Notes: generated from the letters alone by a model not told the origin. A stretch of DNA of 64,000 bases from an uncultured bacterium (GCA_937996685.1 CALKUP010000015.1:7900-71899), one strand, 5' to 3'. Shown: positions 17,886-28,107, numbered from the stretch's first letter. Translations and numbers: made by a program.

Positions 17886-18956
17886 ATGAATACACCTATT
17901 ATACCGAGTCCAACACAACGCGATTTTCTTGTTATTTACAGCAATATCGATGCCCACAGCGCAGCTGACGGGGGTTATACTGGAGTTTCCCCATTTGCTG
18001 GACGAGGTGAAATGGCAAGCTGCAATCGCAGTTATGCCTATCTCTTGAAATATGCCAAACGCATTGGAATGTCTGGCGGATTTGCGACCGTTGCTGATAT
18101 TAGCGCAGCCGGCACCGTCTCTTCCTATTGGACATACACCACTCAATGGAATCGTGTCCACACCCCTGCCACAACAACAGTGGTGTTTGATAAATTCTCA
18201 AATGCTGAGCACACGAATGATGCAGCAATGAAACAATTGCTTGGTGACTCTGAATCGATTGCGCTGTATCACAATCACGACACACGGATGTTGTTTGATA
18301 ACAAACTCACCACCCACGCCGCCCTCTCCCAATACATGTTGCCGACTGTTGCGGTCAATCTTGGTTCACTCAAAACTATGAACGCAGCCAAACGCGCGCT
18401 CAAAAAACAAATCGACAATCATGCGCATATTGAAGACTTTACAAAAGAGTTGATTTTAAAAGATGTCTTCGGCGGTGGTGGCGATCATATTTATAAAATT
18501 CATACAGATGCAGCGTTTGCGAAAATCCCAACCGGTGTTGATGATGTGCAATTTTTATTACAACCATTTATTCATGCCAGCAATTTTGATACTGGGCGCA
18601 AAAATGGCAAGGCTGATTTACGCGTGATTATCGGTGATAAACAAATTTTGCAAAGTTTTATTCGCACAGCCAAAAGTGGTGATTTTCGCGCGAACACAAA
18701 ACAAGGCGGCGCGATTGATTACATCACGACAGATGACATTCCAGAACAAGTCGTGAAAATGATTGCAAAGATTCAAAAAACCGCACGTCTCAAAACCGGC
18801 ATGTACACCCTTGATTTTATGCGTAGCAAAAACGGCAACTTATATCTCGTTGAAGGAAACGCAAGCCCAGGACTTACCTGGTCAAACCCTGAAGATGAAC
18901 GCCGTGCAAAACAATTGATTCGCATTATCGTCAAACAACTACAGCTCATGAAGTAA
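17886..18956 (+). CDS. ATP-grasp domain protein (YheC/YheD- or RimK-like ligase), substrate unknown
   Basis: Gly-rich loop KDVFGGGGDHIYKI, then QPFIHA, DLRVIIG, and C-terminal LDFMRSKNGNLYLVEGNASPGL (the E-x-N metal-binding motif of ATP-grasp enzymes). Confidence 0.6.
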   Translation: MNTPIIPSPTQRDFLVIYSNIDAHSAADGGYTGVSPFAGRGEMASCNRSYAYLLKYAKRIGMSGGFATVADISAAGTVSSYWTYTTQWNRVHTPATTTVVFDKFSNAEHTNDAAMKQLLGDSESIALYHNHDTRMLFDNKLTTHAALSQYMLPTVAVNLGSLKTMNAAKRALKKQIDNHAHIEDFTKELILKDVFGGGGDHIYKIHTDAAFAKIPTGVDDVQFLLQPFIHASNFDTGRKNGKADLRVIIGDKQILQSFIRTAKSGDFRANTKQGGAIDYITTDDIPEQVVKMIAKIQKTARLKTGMYTLDFMRSKNGNLYLVEGNASPGLTWSNPEDERRAKQLIRIIVKQLQLMK

Positions 18957-18984
18957 AAAATACCCGGTGCGCCGGGTATTTTTC
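18957..18984. terminator. bidirectional intrinsic terminator
   Basis: AAAAAA-TACCCGG-TGCG-CCGGGTA-TTTTT between convergent genes. Confidence 0.65.
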
Positions 18985-18989
18985 TGCTC

Positions 18990-21900
18990 TTATTGTTTTT
19001 TCAATGCACCGCTTGATTGCACAAGCCATGTATATGATTGCTTTTTCTTGCCTGAACCAAAAGTGGTTGTGAGTTGTTTTTTCTTTACAGAGAACCCAAT
19101 ATTGAGTTTTGTATTACTTTGAATTTTGACTGTTTGAGCAGTTTTTTTCTTTAACCCATTCCCTGTTGTGAGCTGATGCGCAAAGACTGTTGCCGTCGTC
19201 TTTTTTGGAGCGATTGTGACAAAGACTGAGTCAAAATTCTTGTGCACTTTTCTGACAGAAAGTGTGTATTGTCCTTTTTGTACTGTTGCGTTTCCAAGTT
19301 TCGCTCGCGCAACCCGACGACTATTTGCAAACACGCGAATTTCTTTTCCGTTTGTCGCAACGATCCGTTTTTTATTACTTGATAACGTATAGAGAAAGTT
19401 TGCAGACGTTCCAAATGGTTGAATTGTCGCTGTTGTCGCATCACGATATGTCACAAGTAACTGGTTGTTGATTTTTTGTACAGTCGTAATGACTCCATCA
19501 TTTGTTGTTGTGACAGGTGGCGTTGTCGGAGTTTCTGTTGTCGTTCCTGGATCAGTAGCCGGCTCATCAACTGGACAACCCGTCGTCGTAAAGATCCCAG
19601 CATCTGATGTCGAGCGATTACCAGAAGTATCGGCGGATGACGCAGTATATTGATACGTTGTACATGCCGTGAGACCAGACAGCAATACAGCATGGCTGGT
19701 CACACGTGGCGCAAAGTCTACTTCTGCAGTTGTTGTCGTTGACCCGCCAACCGGACCATATGACACGCGACTTGATGACGCTTCATTCGTTGTCCATGTG
19801 ATAGTAGCTCCTGTTGTCGCTGGCGTTGCGCTCAACGCTGTAATAGCTGGGGGCGTACTATCATCCATGCCCCCAATAGACCACAGCTCTCGCCCATAGG
19901 CCTGGGATTGCGCAGTAAATACTGCTCCACCCCCAAAACCAAGTACCGTCGATGGATCGCTGCCCAATAGGCCTGGATTAATATCAGACAGCATGTATGT
20001 CCCGTTTGATGTTCCGTCTGAACGCCACAACTCTAGACCATGTGCTCCATCGTGTACTTGAAAATATAATATCCCATTGACTGCACTAAAATCACCCCAA
20101 CTCGAATTATTCGCACTTGTCACTTCTTTTACTTGAACTGTTCCTTCAGTTGTACCATCCGTTTTCCATAATTGGGGAAACCCAGATCCGTTATCGGCGG
20201 TAAAAAAGAGTGAACCGCCAACGATGGTTAAATTCCCTGGATAGCTATCACCTCCTGTGTTTTCATTGATATCTTTTACCAGCGCTGTTCCTTCTTCTGT
20301 TCCATTTGATTTCCAGAGCTCCGTGCCACCTTCATTACTATTGTATGCAGAAAAATACATCCAATCATTCAGCACAACCATACTGCTCGGCAAGGCACTG
20401 CAATCAGGACAGAGATCAACTGCGAGTACTGTTCCTTCAGTTGTGCCATCAGTCTTCCATAACTCATACTCATGAGAATCATCACTAGCAGTAAAATACA
20501 ACGTACCGTGATACTCAACAAATCCAAATGGACCACTGCCTGTACTGCCTGGGAATATATCTTTCACGAGCGTTGTTCCTTCTTCTGTTCCATTAGATTT
20601 CCACAATTCAAAACCATGAGCGCTGTCATATGCAGAAAAATATAACTCACTATTGTATGTAAATCCACCCTGGATATAGGACATTCCCTCTTCATTTACA
20701 TCTTTTACGAGCGCTGTTCCTTCGGTTGTACCGTCCGTCTTCCATAACTCGTAACTATGCGTTCCATCATCAGCGGTAAAATACAGAGCATTACCAACTA
20801 TCTTAAAATTATATGGATATGAATTATCAACTCCTGTAAAAATATCTTTTACCATTACTGTTCCTTCTTCAGTTCCATCAGTCTTCCATAGTTCGTAGCC
20901 ATGCGTTCCGTCATCAGCGGTGAAATATGTAACACCATCGAGGTAGATAAAACCGTATGGATAACTACTACCACTTGGACGAATATCTTTTAATAATTGC
21001 GTACCCTCTGCTGTGCCGTCTGATACATACACCTCTGCGCCAGTGGACGGATGTGACGCAACACCAATTAAGCGACTCCCTGCAACAATAAAATCTGCCA
21101 CACTTCCACCAGTTCCGCTGCTGTCATTTACTTCAGCGACCATGGAAAAATTATTTTCAGTGGTGCTAAATTTCCACAAACGTTGACCGCTGTCGCCATT
21201 GTCTCCGGCAAATAACAGATTCGTCCCATTTATCGTAAACCACTCTATGCCATCACCTGTTGGGTTCAGATCCTCAACCATCAATGTTCCTTCTTCAGTT
21301 CCATCAGTCTTCCATAGTTCATAGCCATGCGTTCCGTCATCAGCGGTGAAAAAGACCTGACCGTCTACAATAGTAAACATTCGTATATCCAGACTACGAT
21401 CACCTTCGTTAATATCTTTCACCAACGTTGTTCCTTCAGTTGTGCCGTCGGTCTTCCATAACTCGTAGCCATGCGTTCCGTCATTTGCAGCAAAAAATAA
21501 TGTTGAGCCAGTGCCAAAAAACATTCCCGGACTAGCATTTGCGCTGCCAGGATTAATATCTTTCACCACATAGGTTCCTTCATCAGTTCCATCAGTACGC
21601 CAGAGCTCAGAACCATTTGTACTATTTGTGAGCTGGTAATAACCAATGCCATTAAAACTATACACATCACCAATGGTAACTCCAGAGCCGATTGGTTCAA
21701 TGTTCTTAATCAAATATGTGCCACGAGCAGTTCCGTTTGTTCTCCATAACTCCCAACCATTTACACCATCATCAGCTGCAAACACCACTGTTCCATCCCC
21801 TATCTGAGTAAAGAAACAAGCATATGAACCATATGATCCCGCATTCACATCTTTCACCATACGTGTTCCGTTTGGCGTTCCATCAGTTTTCCATAACTCA

Positions 21901-24900
21901 CTGCCATTGATGCCGTCATCCGCCGTGAAATACATCACTGAATCAAACACCGTTTGCCTATCAATCCTTGCTTGGTCTTCAGGGTGAATATCTTTAATCA
22001 TTTCTGTTCCGTTTGGCGTTCCGTCAGATGCCCACATTTCTCGACCATGCACTCCGTCATCTGCTGAGAATACAATCCGACCATTCACAACATACAAAGA
22101 TTGAATTGACTCTGAATACGGACTGATTTGTTTTATAAATTCTGTCCCAGCATCTGTCCCGTCTGATTTCCATATTTCTGATGAGTCACTAAAGAACACA
22201 GAAAAATATGCGGTAGACCCAATAACCTCAATATCATTGATATACCCCTCTTCACCCGAAAATGAGCGCAAGAGAGTCGTTCCACCTGTTGTACCGTCTG
22301 TTTTCCAAAGCTCACTGTCGTCTTTTGCTTTAAAATAGGTCACGCCGTCACCAGTTGCAATGTCACCTATGTCTGCATCAGCAGGGCCATCATCAATGTC
22401 TTTTATCAACTCTGGCGTTTCTGAAGCACCTGCACTTGGACAACCATTCGTCAAAAAATATTTTGAATTACTTTGCGCTGAGTTCTCTGCAGTATCAACT
22501 GACTGCACGGTGTATCCATAATGCGTACACGGCAGCAATTCAGTCAGTACAACTGAATGACTTGTCACTCTCGGGTCTATGTCAATTTGACTTGTTGTTA
22601 TTGGCGCTTGATTTGTTGCGTGATACGACACCTCACTCGAGCTCGCCTCATTGGTATTCCATGTAATTGTTACACTTTCATCTGTAATACTTACCTCTTG
22701 CTGATAAATACTTGGGCCCGTTGTATCCGTAATACTCCCTAATACCCACGGCTCCCAATTATATTCTGGTGTATATGCTGAAAAAAATACACGGCCTTCA
22801 AAAGATGTGAAAAAAGCCGGATAACTAGAATCTACACCAGGATTCAAATCTGCAAGCTCTTGCGTTCCGCCTTCAGTCCCATCCGATACCCATGGTTCAG
22901 TTCCGTGATCGGTTGTATTCACACTAAAATACAACAAACCGTTTATTGCTGTAAGGTTTGAAAATGCATAACTCGAAACATCCGTAATGTCTTTTACTTT
23001 ATGTGTCCCACCCTCGGTTCCATCAGACGCATAGAGCTGTCGAGATCCTGTCCCGTCATCGGCAATGAAAAATAACGTATCACCAACGACTATCATCTGC
23101 TCAGGACTTGCATACGCGGTACCTGGCGCAATATCTTTCACCATGTACGTTCCACTTTCAGTCCCATCTGAACGCCAGAGCTCGACTCCAGTGTCGGTAT
23201 CTGGAGAATATATTTCAAAATATGCAATACCATTCATTGCCACAATATATGATGGCTGACCTGAACATCCACTAGAACACGCATCTTTTACCATGTATGT
23301 TCCGCCTTCAGTCCCATCTGAACGCCAGAGCTCCATGCCATGTACGCCATCATTTGTATTAAACAATACAGTTGAATCATCAATCGCCGTTAAATCATAT
23401 GGATCTCCATTGCCCGAAGGATTTGTATCTTTGACCATGTATGTTCCTTCCTCGGTTCCGTCAGAACTCCAGAGCTCTGTTCCGTTGGTGTCATCTGTTG
23501 CAACAAAAAATGCCGTATCACCAGCGTTAATGATATACGTTGGATCACTAGAGCCTGACAACCGAATATCCTTCACCAGCATTGTTCCGCTTTCAGTCCC
23601 ATCTGAACGCCAAAGTTCTTTTCCGTTTACCCCATCAGTTGCAGCAAAAAACAACATGCCATTGACGACAGTAAATGATTCAATGTCACTAGAGTCAACT
23701 CCAGTGTTAATGTCTTTTAACAAGAACGTCCCTTCAGGAGTTCCATTTGATTGCCAAAGCTCTGTTCCATGATCAGCGTCAGTGGCTGTAAAATATGTCA
23801 CACCATCGAGATAGGTAAAATGATCTGGAGCGCCGTCATTTCCAAGGTATATATCTTTCACCAGCGTTGTTCCGCTTGGCGTCCCATCAGAAATATAGAG
23901 TTCATTTCCAGTCACCGGTGACGTTGCTGAGCCAATCATAAAACTGCCCGCAGCAATAAATTGAGAACCACCATCCATTGTTGCAGTGCCACGATACAAA
24001 GACTTCACTTTCACTGTCCCTCCTTCTGTTCCGTCTGACTTCCAAAGACCTGTTCCATCGGGTCCTGTTGTACCTGCAAAAAACACGTTGGTTCCCGTTG
24101 AGCTAAATTGACCACCATATTGAAACACAACGCCGTTCGAGTACGGACTCACATCACGAATCAATGTCGTCCCTCCTTCTGTACCGTCGGTTTTCCATAG
24201 CTCATGTCCATATACCGGATCAATAGCACTAAAGACAACATCTGAACCGACCATTTGAAAATTCGATGGGTATGCATTTGAATTGCCTGGGAAAATATCT
24301 TTGACCAAAACAGTACCCCCTTCTGTTCCATTTGATTTCCAGAGCTCGCTACCATGAACGCCGTCGTCAGCAACAAAGAATACAGAATCATTATATATAA
24401 AGAAATCAAACATATTTGAACCTTCAGTACCTGGGAAAATATCTTTGACTAATACAGTACCTTCCTCAGTTCCGTCTGATTTCCATAATTCAGCACCATT
24501 TGTACCATCATTTAATGAAAAATACGCCACTCCATTATGGGCAATACTGTAATACACGGCAGAGCTTGCGCTCCCAGGGGCAATATCAGACACCAGCGTC
24601 GTCACGTCAGTATCCTTTACTGTTTTCCATATTTCAGATCCGTAATCCGGCGTGGTAGCGCTATAGAGAATCGAATCACCAATGTCAACTAAATAACCTG
24701 GATACGCCCCCCCGATGCCTGCGTATAGAGGAGCCACCATATACGTCCCTATTTCTGTTCCATCTGATTTCCAGAGCTCGCTACCATCAAATCCGTTACT
24801 TGCGGCAAAATACAACCCTGAACTCGTTGCAAGCATAGAGCTAATCCCAGAATCATCTGTTGAGAGATTAATCTCAGCAACCATCACCGTTCCACCTTCT

Positions 24901-25397
24901 GTTCCGTCTGATTTCCAGAGCTCTCGACCATGTGTATCATCTTCGGCTGTAAAAAACAGCGTCCCAGAAACATCGATCAAATCACGCGGATAACTTCCAC
25001 CACTTGTATTAATATCTTTTACTTTTACTGTCCCTTCCTCTGTTCCATCTGATTTCCAGAGCTCTTGCCCGTCACTTGAATCATTAGAAACAAAAAACAA
25101 CGTCCCGTTCGACGCTGTTAGATAATCAATATTCGCAGAACCTCCCACATTCGGATTCGCGACTAATACCGTTCCACCTTCTGTCCCATCTGATTTCCAT
25201 AACGCATTCCCATTCACACCATCATTTGTTGTGAAATAGGTTGTTGTTCCAATAGTCGTGAGATTCAAAATATCATCTGCCTCTGGAGCAGTATTCATAT
25301 CTTTAAACAGCTCGGGCGTATCATACGCAAACGCAGCTGCTGTATGAAAAACGAAGACGCTTGCAAGTACTATAGAAAATATCAGGCGCTGTATCAT
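18990..25397 (-). CDS. giant (2135 aa) secreted ELWxxDGT-repeat protein with FN3-like domains and the shared C-terminal module
   Basis: Signal peptide MIQRLIFSIVLASVFVFHTAAAFA. About 40 repeats of ~45 aa (GxELWKSDGTEGGTVLVKDIxPG...). Two FN3-like Thr/Ser-rich segments (ITWTTNEASSSRVSYGP). C-terminus VTYRDATTATIQPFGTSANF...KKRIVATNGK... is homologous to the end of 14157..17351. Confidence 0.9.
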   Translation of the reverse strand: MIQRLIFSIVLASVFVFHTAAAFAYDTPELFKDMNTAPEADDILNLTTIGTTTYFTTNDGVNGNALWKSDGTEGGTVLVANPNVGGSANIDYLTASNGTLFFVSNDSSDGQELWKSDGTEEGTVKVKDINTSGGSYPRDLIDVSGTLFFTAEDDTHGRELWKSDGTEGGTVMVAEINLSTDDSGISSMLATSSGLYFAASNGFDGSELWKSDGTEIGTYMVAPLYAGIGGAYPGYLVDIGDSILYSATTPDYGSEIWKTVKDTDVTTLVSDIAPGSASSAVYYSIAHNGVAYFSLNDGTNGAELWKSDGTEEGTVLVKDIFPGTEGSNMFDFFIYNDSVFFVADDGVHGSELWKSNGTEGGTVLVKDIFPGNSNAYPSNFQMVGSDVVFSAIDPVYGHELWKTDGTEGGTTLIRDVSPYSNGVVFQYGGQFSSTGTNVFFAGTTGPDGTGLWKSDGTEGGTVKVKSLYRGTATMDGGSQFIAAGSFMIGSATSPVTGNELYISDGTPSGTTLVKDIYLGNDGAPDHFTYLDGVTYFTATDADHGTELWQSNGTPEGTFLLKDINTGVDSSDIESFTVVNGMLFFAATDGVNGKELWRSDGTESGTMLVKDIRLSGSSDPTYIINAGDTAFFVATDDTNGTELWSSDGTEEGTYMVKDTNPSGNGDPYDLTAIDDSTVLFNTNDGVHGMELWRSDGTEGGTYMVKDACSSGCSGQPSYIVAMNGIAYFEIYSPDTDTGVELWRSDGTESGTYMVKDIAPGTAYASPEQMIVVGDTLFFIADDGTGSRQLYASDGTEGGTHKVKDITDVSSYAFSNLTAINGLLYFSVNTTDHGTEPWVSDGTEGGTQELADLNPGVDSSYPAFFTSFEGRVFFSAYTPEYNWEPWVLGSITDTTGPSIYQQEVSITDESVTITWNTNEASSSEVSYHATNQAPITTSQIDIDPRVTSHSVVLTELLPCTHYGYTVQSVDTAENSAQSNSKYFLTNGCPSAGASETPELIKDIDDGPADADIGDIATGDGVTYFKAKDDSELWKTDGTTGGTTLLRSFSGEEGYINDIEVIGSTAYFSVFFSDSSEIWKSDGTDAGTEFIKQISPYSESIQSLYVVNGRIVFSADDGVHGREMWASDGTPNGTEMIKDIHPEDQARIDRQTVFDSVMYFTADDGINGSELWKTDGTPNGTRMVKDVNAGSYGSYACFFTQIGDGTVVFAADDGVNGWELWRTNGTARGTYLIKNIEPIGSGVTIGDVYSFNGIGYYQLTNSTNGSELWRTDGTDEGTYVVKDINPGSANASPGMFFGTGSTLFFAANDGTHGYELWKTDGTTEGTTLVKDINEGDRSLDIRMFTIVDGQVFFTADDGTHGYELWKTDGTEEGTLMVEDLNPTGDGIEWFTINGTNLLFAGDNGDSGQRLWKFSTTENNFSMVAEVNDSSGTGGSVADFIVAGSRLIGVASHPSTGAEVYVSDGTAEGTQLLKDIRPSGSSYPYGFIYLDGVTYFTADDGTHGYELWKTDGTEEGTVMVKDIFTGVDNSYPYNFKIVGNALYFTADDGTHSYELWKTDGTTEGTALVKDVNEEGMSYIQGGFTYNSELYFSAYDSAHGFELWKSNGTEEGTTLVKDIFPGSTGSGPFGFVEYHGTLYFTASDDSHEYELWKTDGTTEGTVLAVDLCPDCSALPSSMVVLNDWMYFSAYNSNEGGTELWKSNGTEEGTALVKDINENTGGDSYPGNLTIVGGSLFFTADNGSGFPQLWKTDGTTEGTVQVKEVTSANNSSWGDFSAVNGILYFQVHDGAHGLELWRSDGTSNGTYMLSDINPGLLGSDPSTVLGFGGGAVFTAQSQAYGRELWSIGGMDDSTPPAITALSATPATTGATITWTTNEASSSRVSYGPVGGSTTTTAEVDFAPRVTSHAVLLSGLTACTTYQYTASSADTSGNRSTSDAGIFTTTGCPVDEPATDPGTTTETPTTPPVTTTNDGVITTVQKINNQLLVTYRDATTATIQPFGTSANFLYTLSSNKKRIVATNGKEIRVFANSRRVARAKLGNATVQKGQYTLSVRKVHKNFDSVFVTIAPKKTTATVFAHQLTTGNGLKKKTAQTVKIQSNTKLNIGFSVKKKQLTTTFGSGKKKQSYTWLVQSSGALKKQ

Positions 25398-25522
25398 AAA
25401 AGAGGCAAATCAATTTTTATATGGGATTGCCTATCAGTATATCATGGAAGATGCTGTTTTTGGAATAAAAAACAGCAGCGATTCACTCACTGCTGTTTTG
25501 GACTACGGCAACCCCTATCTTC

Positions 25523-26089
25523 TTATTGAGCGCTTTGTGTTGTCGTTGTAGTCGCTGCATCACTGGTTCCACCCGCTATACCGCGTGGTCCGTGGTCACC
25601 GTCCGGCCCCATGCCTTTCCCATGACCGAGCTGCAGATATTCCATTGGAACATTATTGTCAGTTGCCCATTTTTGCAACTCTTCCATCTTCGTCTTCATT
25701 TCTGCCTGATGTTCTTCACGTGTTTTTGTGTCAGCTGTTCCTGGCTGCGGCCGATTCGCTTCCAGCTCTTTTTGTTTTGCGACAATTTTATCCATCTGCT
25801 CTTGTGTCAGCTTGCCGTCTTTTACTGCTTGATTCAACTGATCTGTAACAGCCTGCTGTCGCTGTGCATCCATTTCTGTTTTTTGCTCATCAAAGACTTT
25901 CTGGACATCGTCTTTATTGAGATTGAACTTCGTTGAAATTTTTGTAACCAGCGAATCCATTGGATTTGTCTGCTGCGTTTCAGCGGCATGCGTTGCTCCA
26001 GCTGCAAAAGCGGAGAGCCCGCCGGCAAGCACAAGCGCTGTTAAGACTGATGGAACGACGTTCTTTTTTGAAAATGTGATATTTTTCAT
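25523..26089 (-). CDS. CpxP/Spy/ZraP-family periplasmic protein (LTxxQ motif, Gly/His-rich C-terminus)
   Basis: Start moved to MKNITFSKK... (signal peptide). Helical Gln/Lys/Glu-rich body with KLTQEQ, C-terminus GHGKGMGPDGDHGPRG. It lies directly downstream of the HK/RR pair. Confidence 0.6.
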   Translation of the reverse strand: MKNITFSKKNVVPSVLTALVLAGGLSAFAAGATHAAETQQTNPMDSLVTKISTKFNLNKDDVQKVFDEQKTEMDAQRQQAVTDQLNQAVKDGKLTQEQMDKIVAKQKELEANRPQPGTADTKTREEHQAEMKTKMEELQKWATDNNVPMEYLQLGHGKGMGPDGDHGPRGIAGGTSDAATTTTTQSAQ

Positions 26090-26275
26090 ATGTATTATAT
26101 TGATGAATAAAGCACTCGCACACAACAGCGTTGCACTCCAAGTTTCCGATCGAAAAACCCAGGGCACGCGTTGAACACAATGGACTGTCGTGTAGGGAGC
26201 GAAGCCGCGACACTGTCGTGACCTATCCACAGCATACCAATACCTCAATGAACTGAAGGTGAAGAAATAGAGTCG

Positions 26276-27445
26276 TTACACTGTCAGTGTAATTGTTGTT
26301 CCGCTTTGTTTGTTTTCTGATACAATTTGCGAATCAATCACAACAGTCCCGTGATGCTTTTCAATAATGGATTGTGTAATCGCGAGCCCAAGCCCCGTTC
26401 CGCCAGTATGCCGTGCGCGTGAATCATCAACCCGATAAAATCGCTCTGTTACATGTGACAGTGCTCCCACTGGAATACCTGCGCCATCATCGTGAATACG
26501 CACCACCGCATTATCGTTATCTGACGATACGGTTACAGAAATAGTATGCGCACCATATTTAATCGCATTTTCAATACAATTCATAAAGGCGCGTTGCAAT
26601 AATGTCGCGCTGCCCTCGCGCATCACAGCCTCACTTGCAATATCAAGATGAATCACTTTCCCGTCACGCTCTGCAATCGGAGTCAGCTGATCAACCGCAC
26701 GCTGCACAACTTCAACGATATTTACCATATCGCGCGTCATCTGATCTTGAGGCAATGACAATAATAATAAATCCTCAATCAATCGATTCATAAACTGCGT
26801 TGATTGCAATGACTGATCAATCGCCTCTGACACAACTGGAACAGCCGTTGCGTCATCGCGCACTGATTCTAAATTTGTTTGCACAATTGTCAGCGGTGTC
26901 TTGAGTTCATGTGAAGCATTTTCAACAAACCGTTTCTGCGCTGCAAACGCTTCATGCAAACGGCGTAGCATGGCATTAAAATTTCCAACCAACTCACCAA
27001 GCTCATCATTCGTGTTCACGCCCGCAACATGAATGTCCAAGTTATCACTATCAACAATATGTGTTGCTTCTGTAATCTTACGAATCGGTTTCAATAACCG
27101 ACCAGTAATAATGTATCCACCACCAAATGACAAAAACATCACGACAAACAATATAATGATTGTTGCTTGCTGAACCTGCGCTTGATCCTCCTCACGAACC
27201 TGTTCAATTAACTGACGCACTTCCGCCGGAGCCGGCCCTTCCCCTTTCGTATCTGGGGGACGATTTTGCGATCGCTGAAATAACGCACGCGCTTCTGGGT
27301 CTTTTACTTGTTCAAACACCTCTTGCGGCGTCTTGCGAAATTGATATTCAGAATAGACTCGCACAGACCCAGTAAATACCAAAATTGCGAGCAACAAAAT
27401 ACATGAATACCACAAGGTTAATTGAAAGCGAATGGATAATGTCAT
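26276..27445 (-). CDS. sensor histidine kinase (HAMP, HisKA, HATPase_c)
   Basis: Two N-terminal TM helices; H-box SHELKTPLT; N/G boxes DDGAGIP and GGTGLGLAI. Confidence 0.9.
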   Translation of the reverse strand: MTLSIRFQLTLWYSCILLLAILVFTGSVRVYSEYQFRKTPQEVFEQVKDPEARALFQRSQNRPPDTKGEGPAPAEVRQLIEQVREEDQAQVQQATIIILFVVMFLSFGGGYIITGRLLKPIRKITEATHIVDSDNLDIHVAGVNTNDELGELVGNFNAMLRRLHEAFAAQKRFVENASHELKTPLTIVQTNLESVRDDATAVPVVSEAIDQSLQSTQFMNRLIEDLLLLSLPQDQMTRDMVNIVEVVQRAVDQLTPIAERDGKVIHLDIASEAVMREGSATLLQRAFMNCIENAIKYGAHTISVTVSSDNDNAVVRIHDDGAGIPVGALSHVTERFYRVDDSRARHTGGTGLGLAITQSIIEKHHGTVVIDSQIVSENKQSGTTITLTV

Positions 27446-28107
27446 AATTGAATTGTATAGCCTTTTCCGCGAACGGTTGTAATCACACGTTTGTCTGGAT
27501 CAATTTTTTGTCGCAAGGTTTTCATATGGGTTTTAACAGTGTCTGTAAAAATATTTACTTCACGATCCCACACATGTTCCAATAATTCTTCCGTCGAGAC
27601 AATACGATTATTATTACGTAATAAATACTCTAAAATCGCCGTCTCTTTTGTTGTTAGCTCAACACTGTTCCCATTTTTGAGCATGACCTGATTTTTTTCT
27701 GGAAACAGCGTTGCTTCACCAAATTCTAATGCCTGCGATTGATTCGGACTGTGTCGCTTAATCAGCGAACGCACTCGCGCCACAAGCTCTTCAATATGAA
27801 ACGGCTTCACCATATAATCATCAGCGCCTGATTCAAATCCTTCCAACGTGTTTTCCAATTGCCCACGCGCTGTCAAAAACAGAATCGGTGTCGTGTTCCC
27901 ATCTGCTCGCAACATTCGTGCAATCTCTAAACCACTGATTTCCGGCAGGTTGATATCGAGAATCAAGCAATCATACGCATGAATCTGAGCAAGCGCGAGC
28001 CCGCTTTTCCCGTCCATTGCAACGTCCACAGCAAATTGCTCTTTTTCTAAAGAGCGCTTTAATGGGGTCACAATCCCTTGTTCATCTTCAACAAATAGTA
28101 ATCTCAT
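27442..28107 (-). CDS. OmpR-family response regulator
   Basis: MRLLFVEDEQ...DLILDINLPEISG receiver domain plus winged-helix C-terminus (VWD...RVITTVRGKGY). Its stop overlaps the HK start (ATGA). The track's upstream extension to 28173 was rejected. Confidence 0.9.
   Translation of the reverse strand: MRLLFVEDEQGIVTPLKRSLEKEQFAVDVAMDGKSGLALAQIHAYDCLILDINLPEISGLEIARMLRADGNTTPILFLTARGQLENTLEGFESGADDYMVKPFHIEELVARVRSLIKRHSPNQSQALEFGEATLFPEKNQVMLKNGNSVELTTKETAILEYLLRNNNRIVSTEELLEHVWDREVNIFTDTVKTHMKTLRQKIDPDKRVITTVRGKGYTIQL

Noticed and set aside
19151-24993. Many 60-160-aa ORFs on both strands inside 18990..25397 (e.g. 23293..23772 with VPSSVPSE repeats)
   Set aside because: These are frame-shifted or antisense readings of the ELWxxDGT repeat array. 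Their internal repetition mirrors the real repeats.
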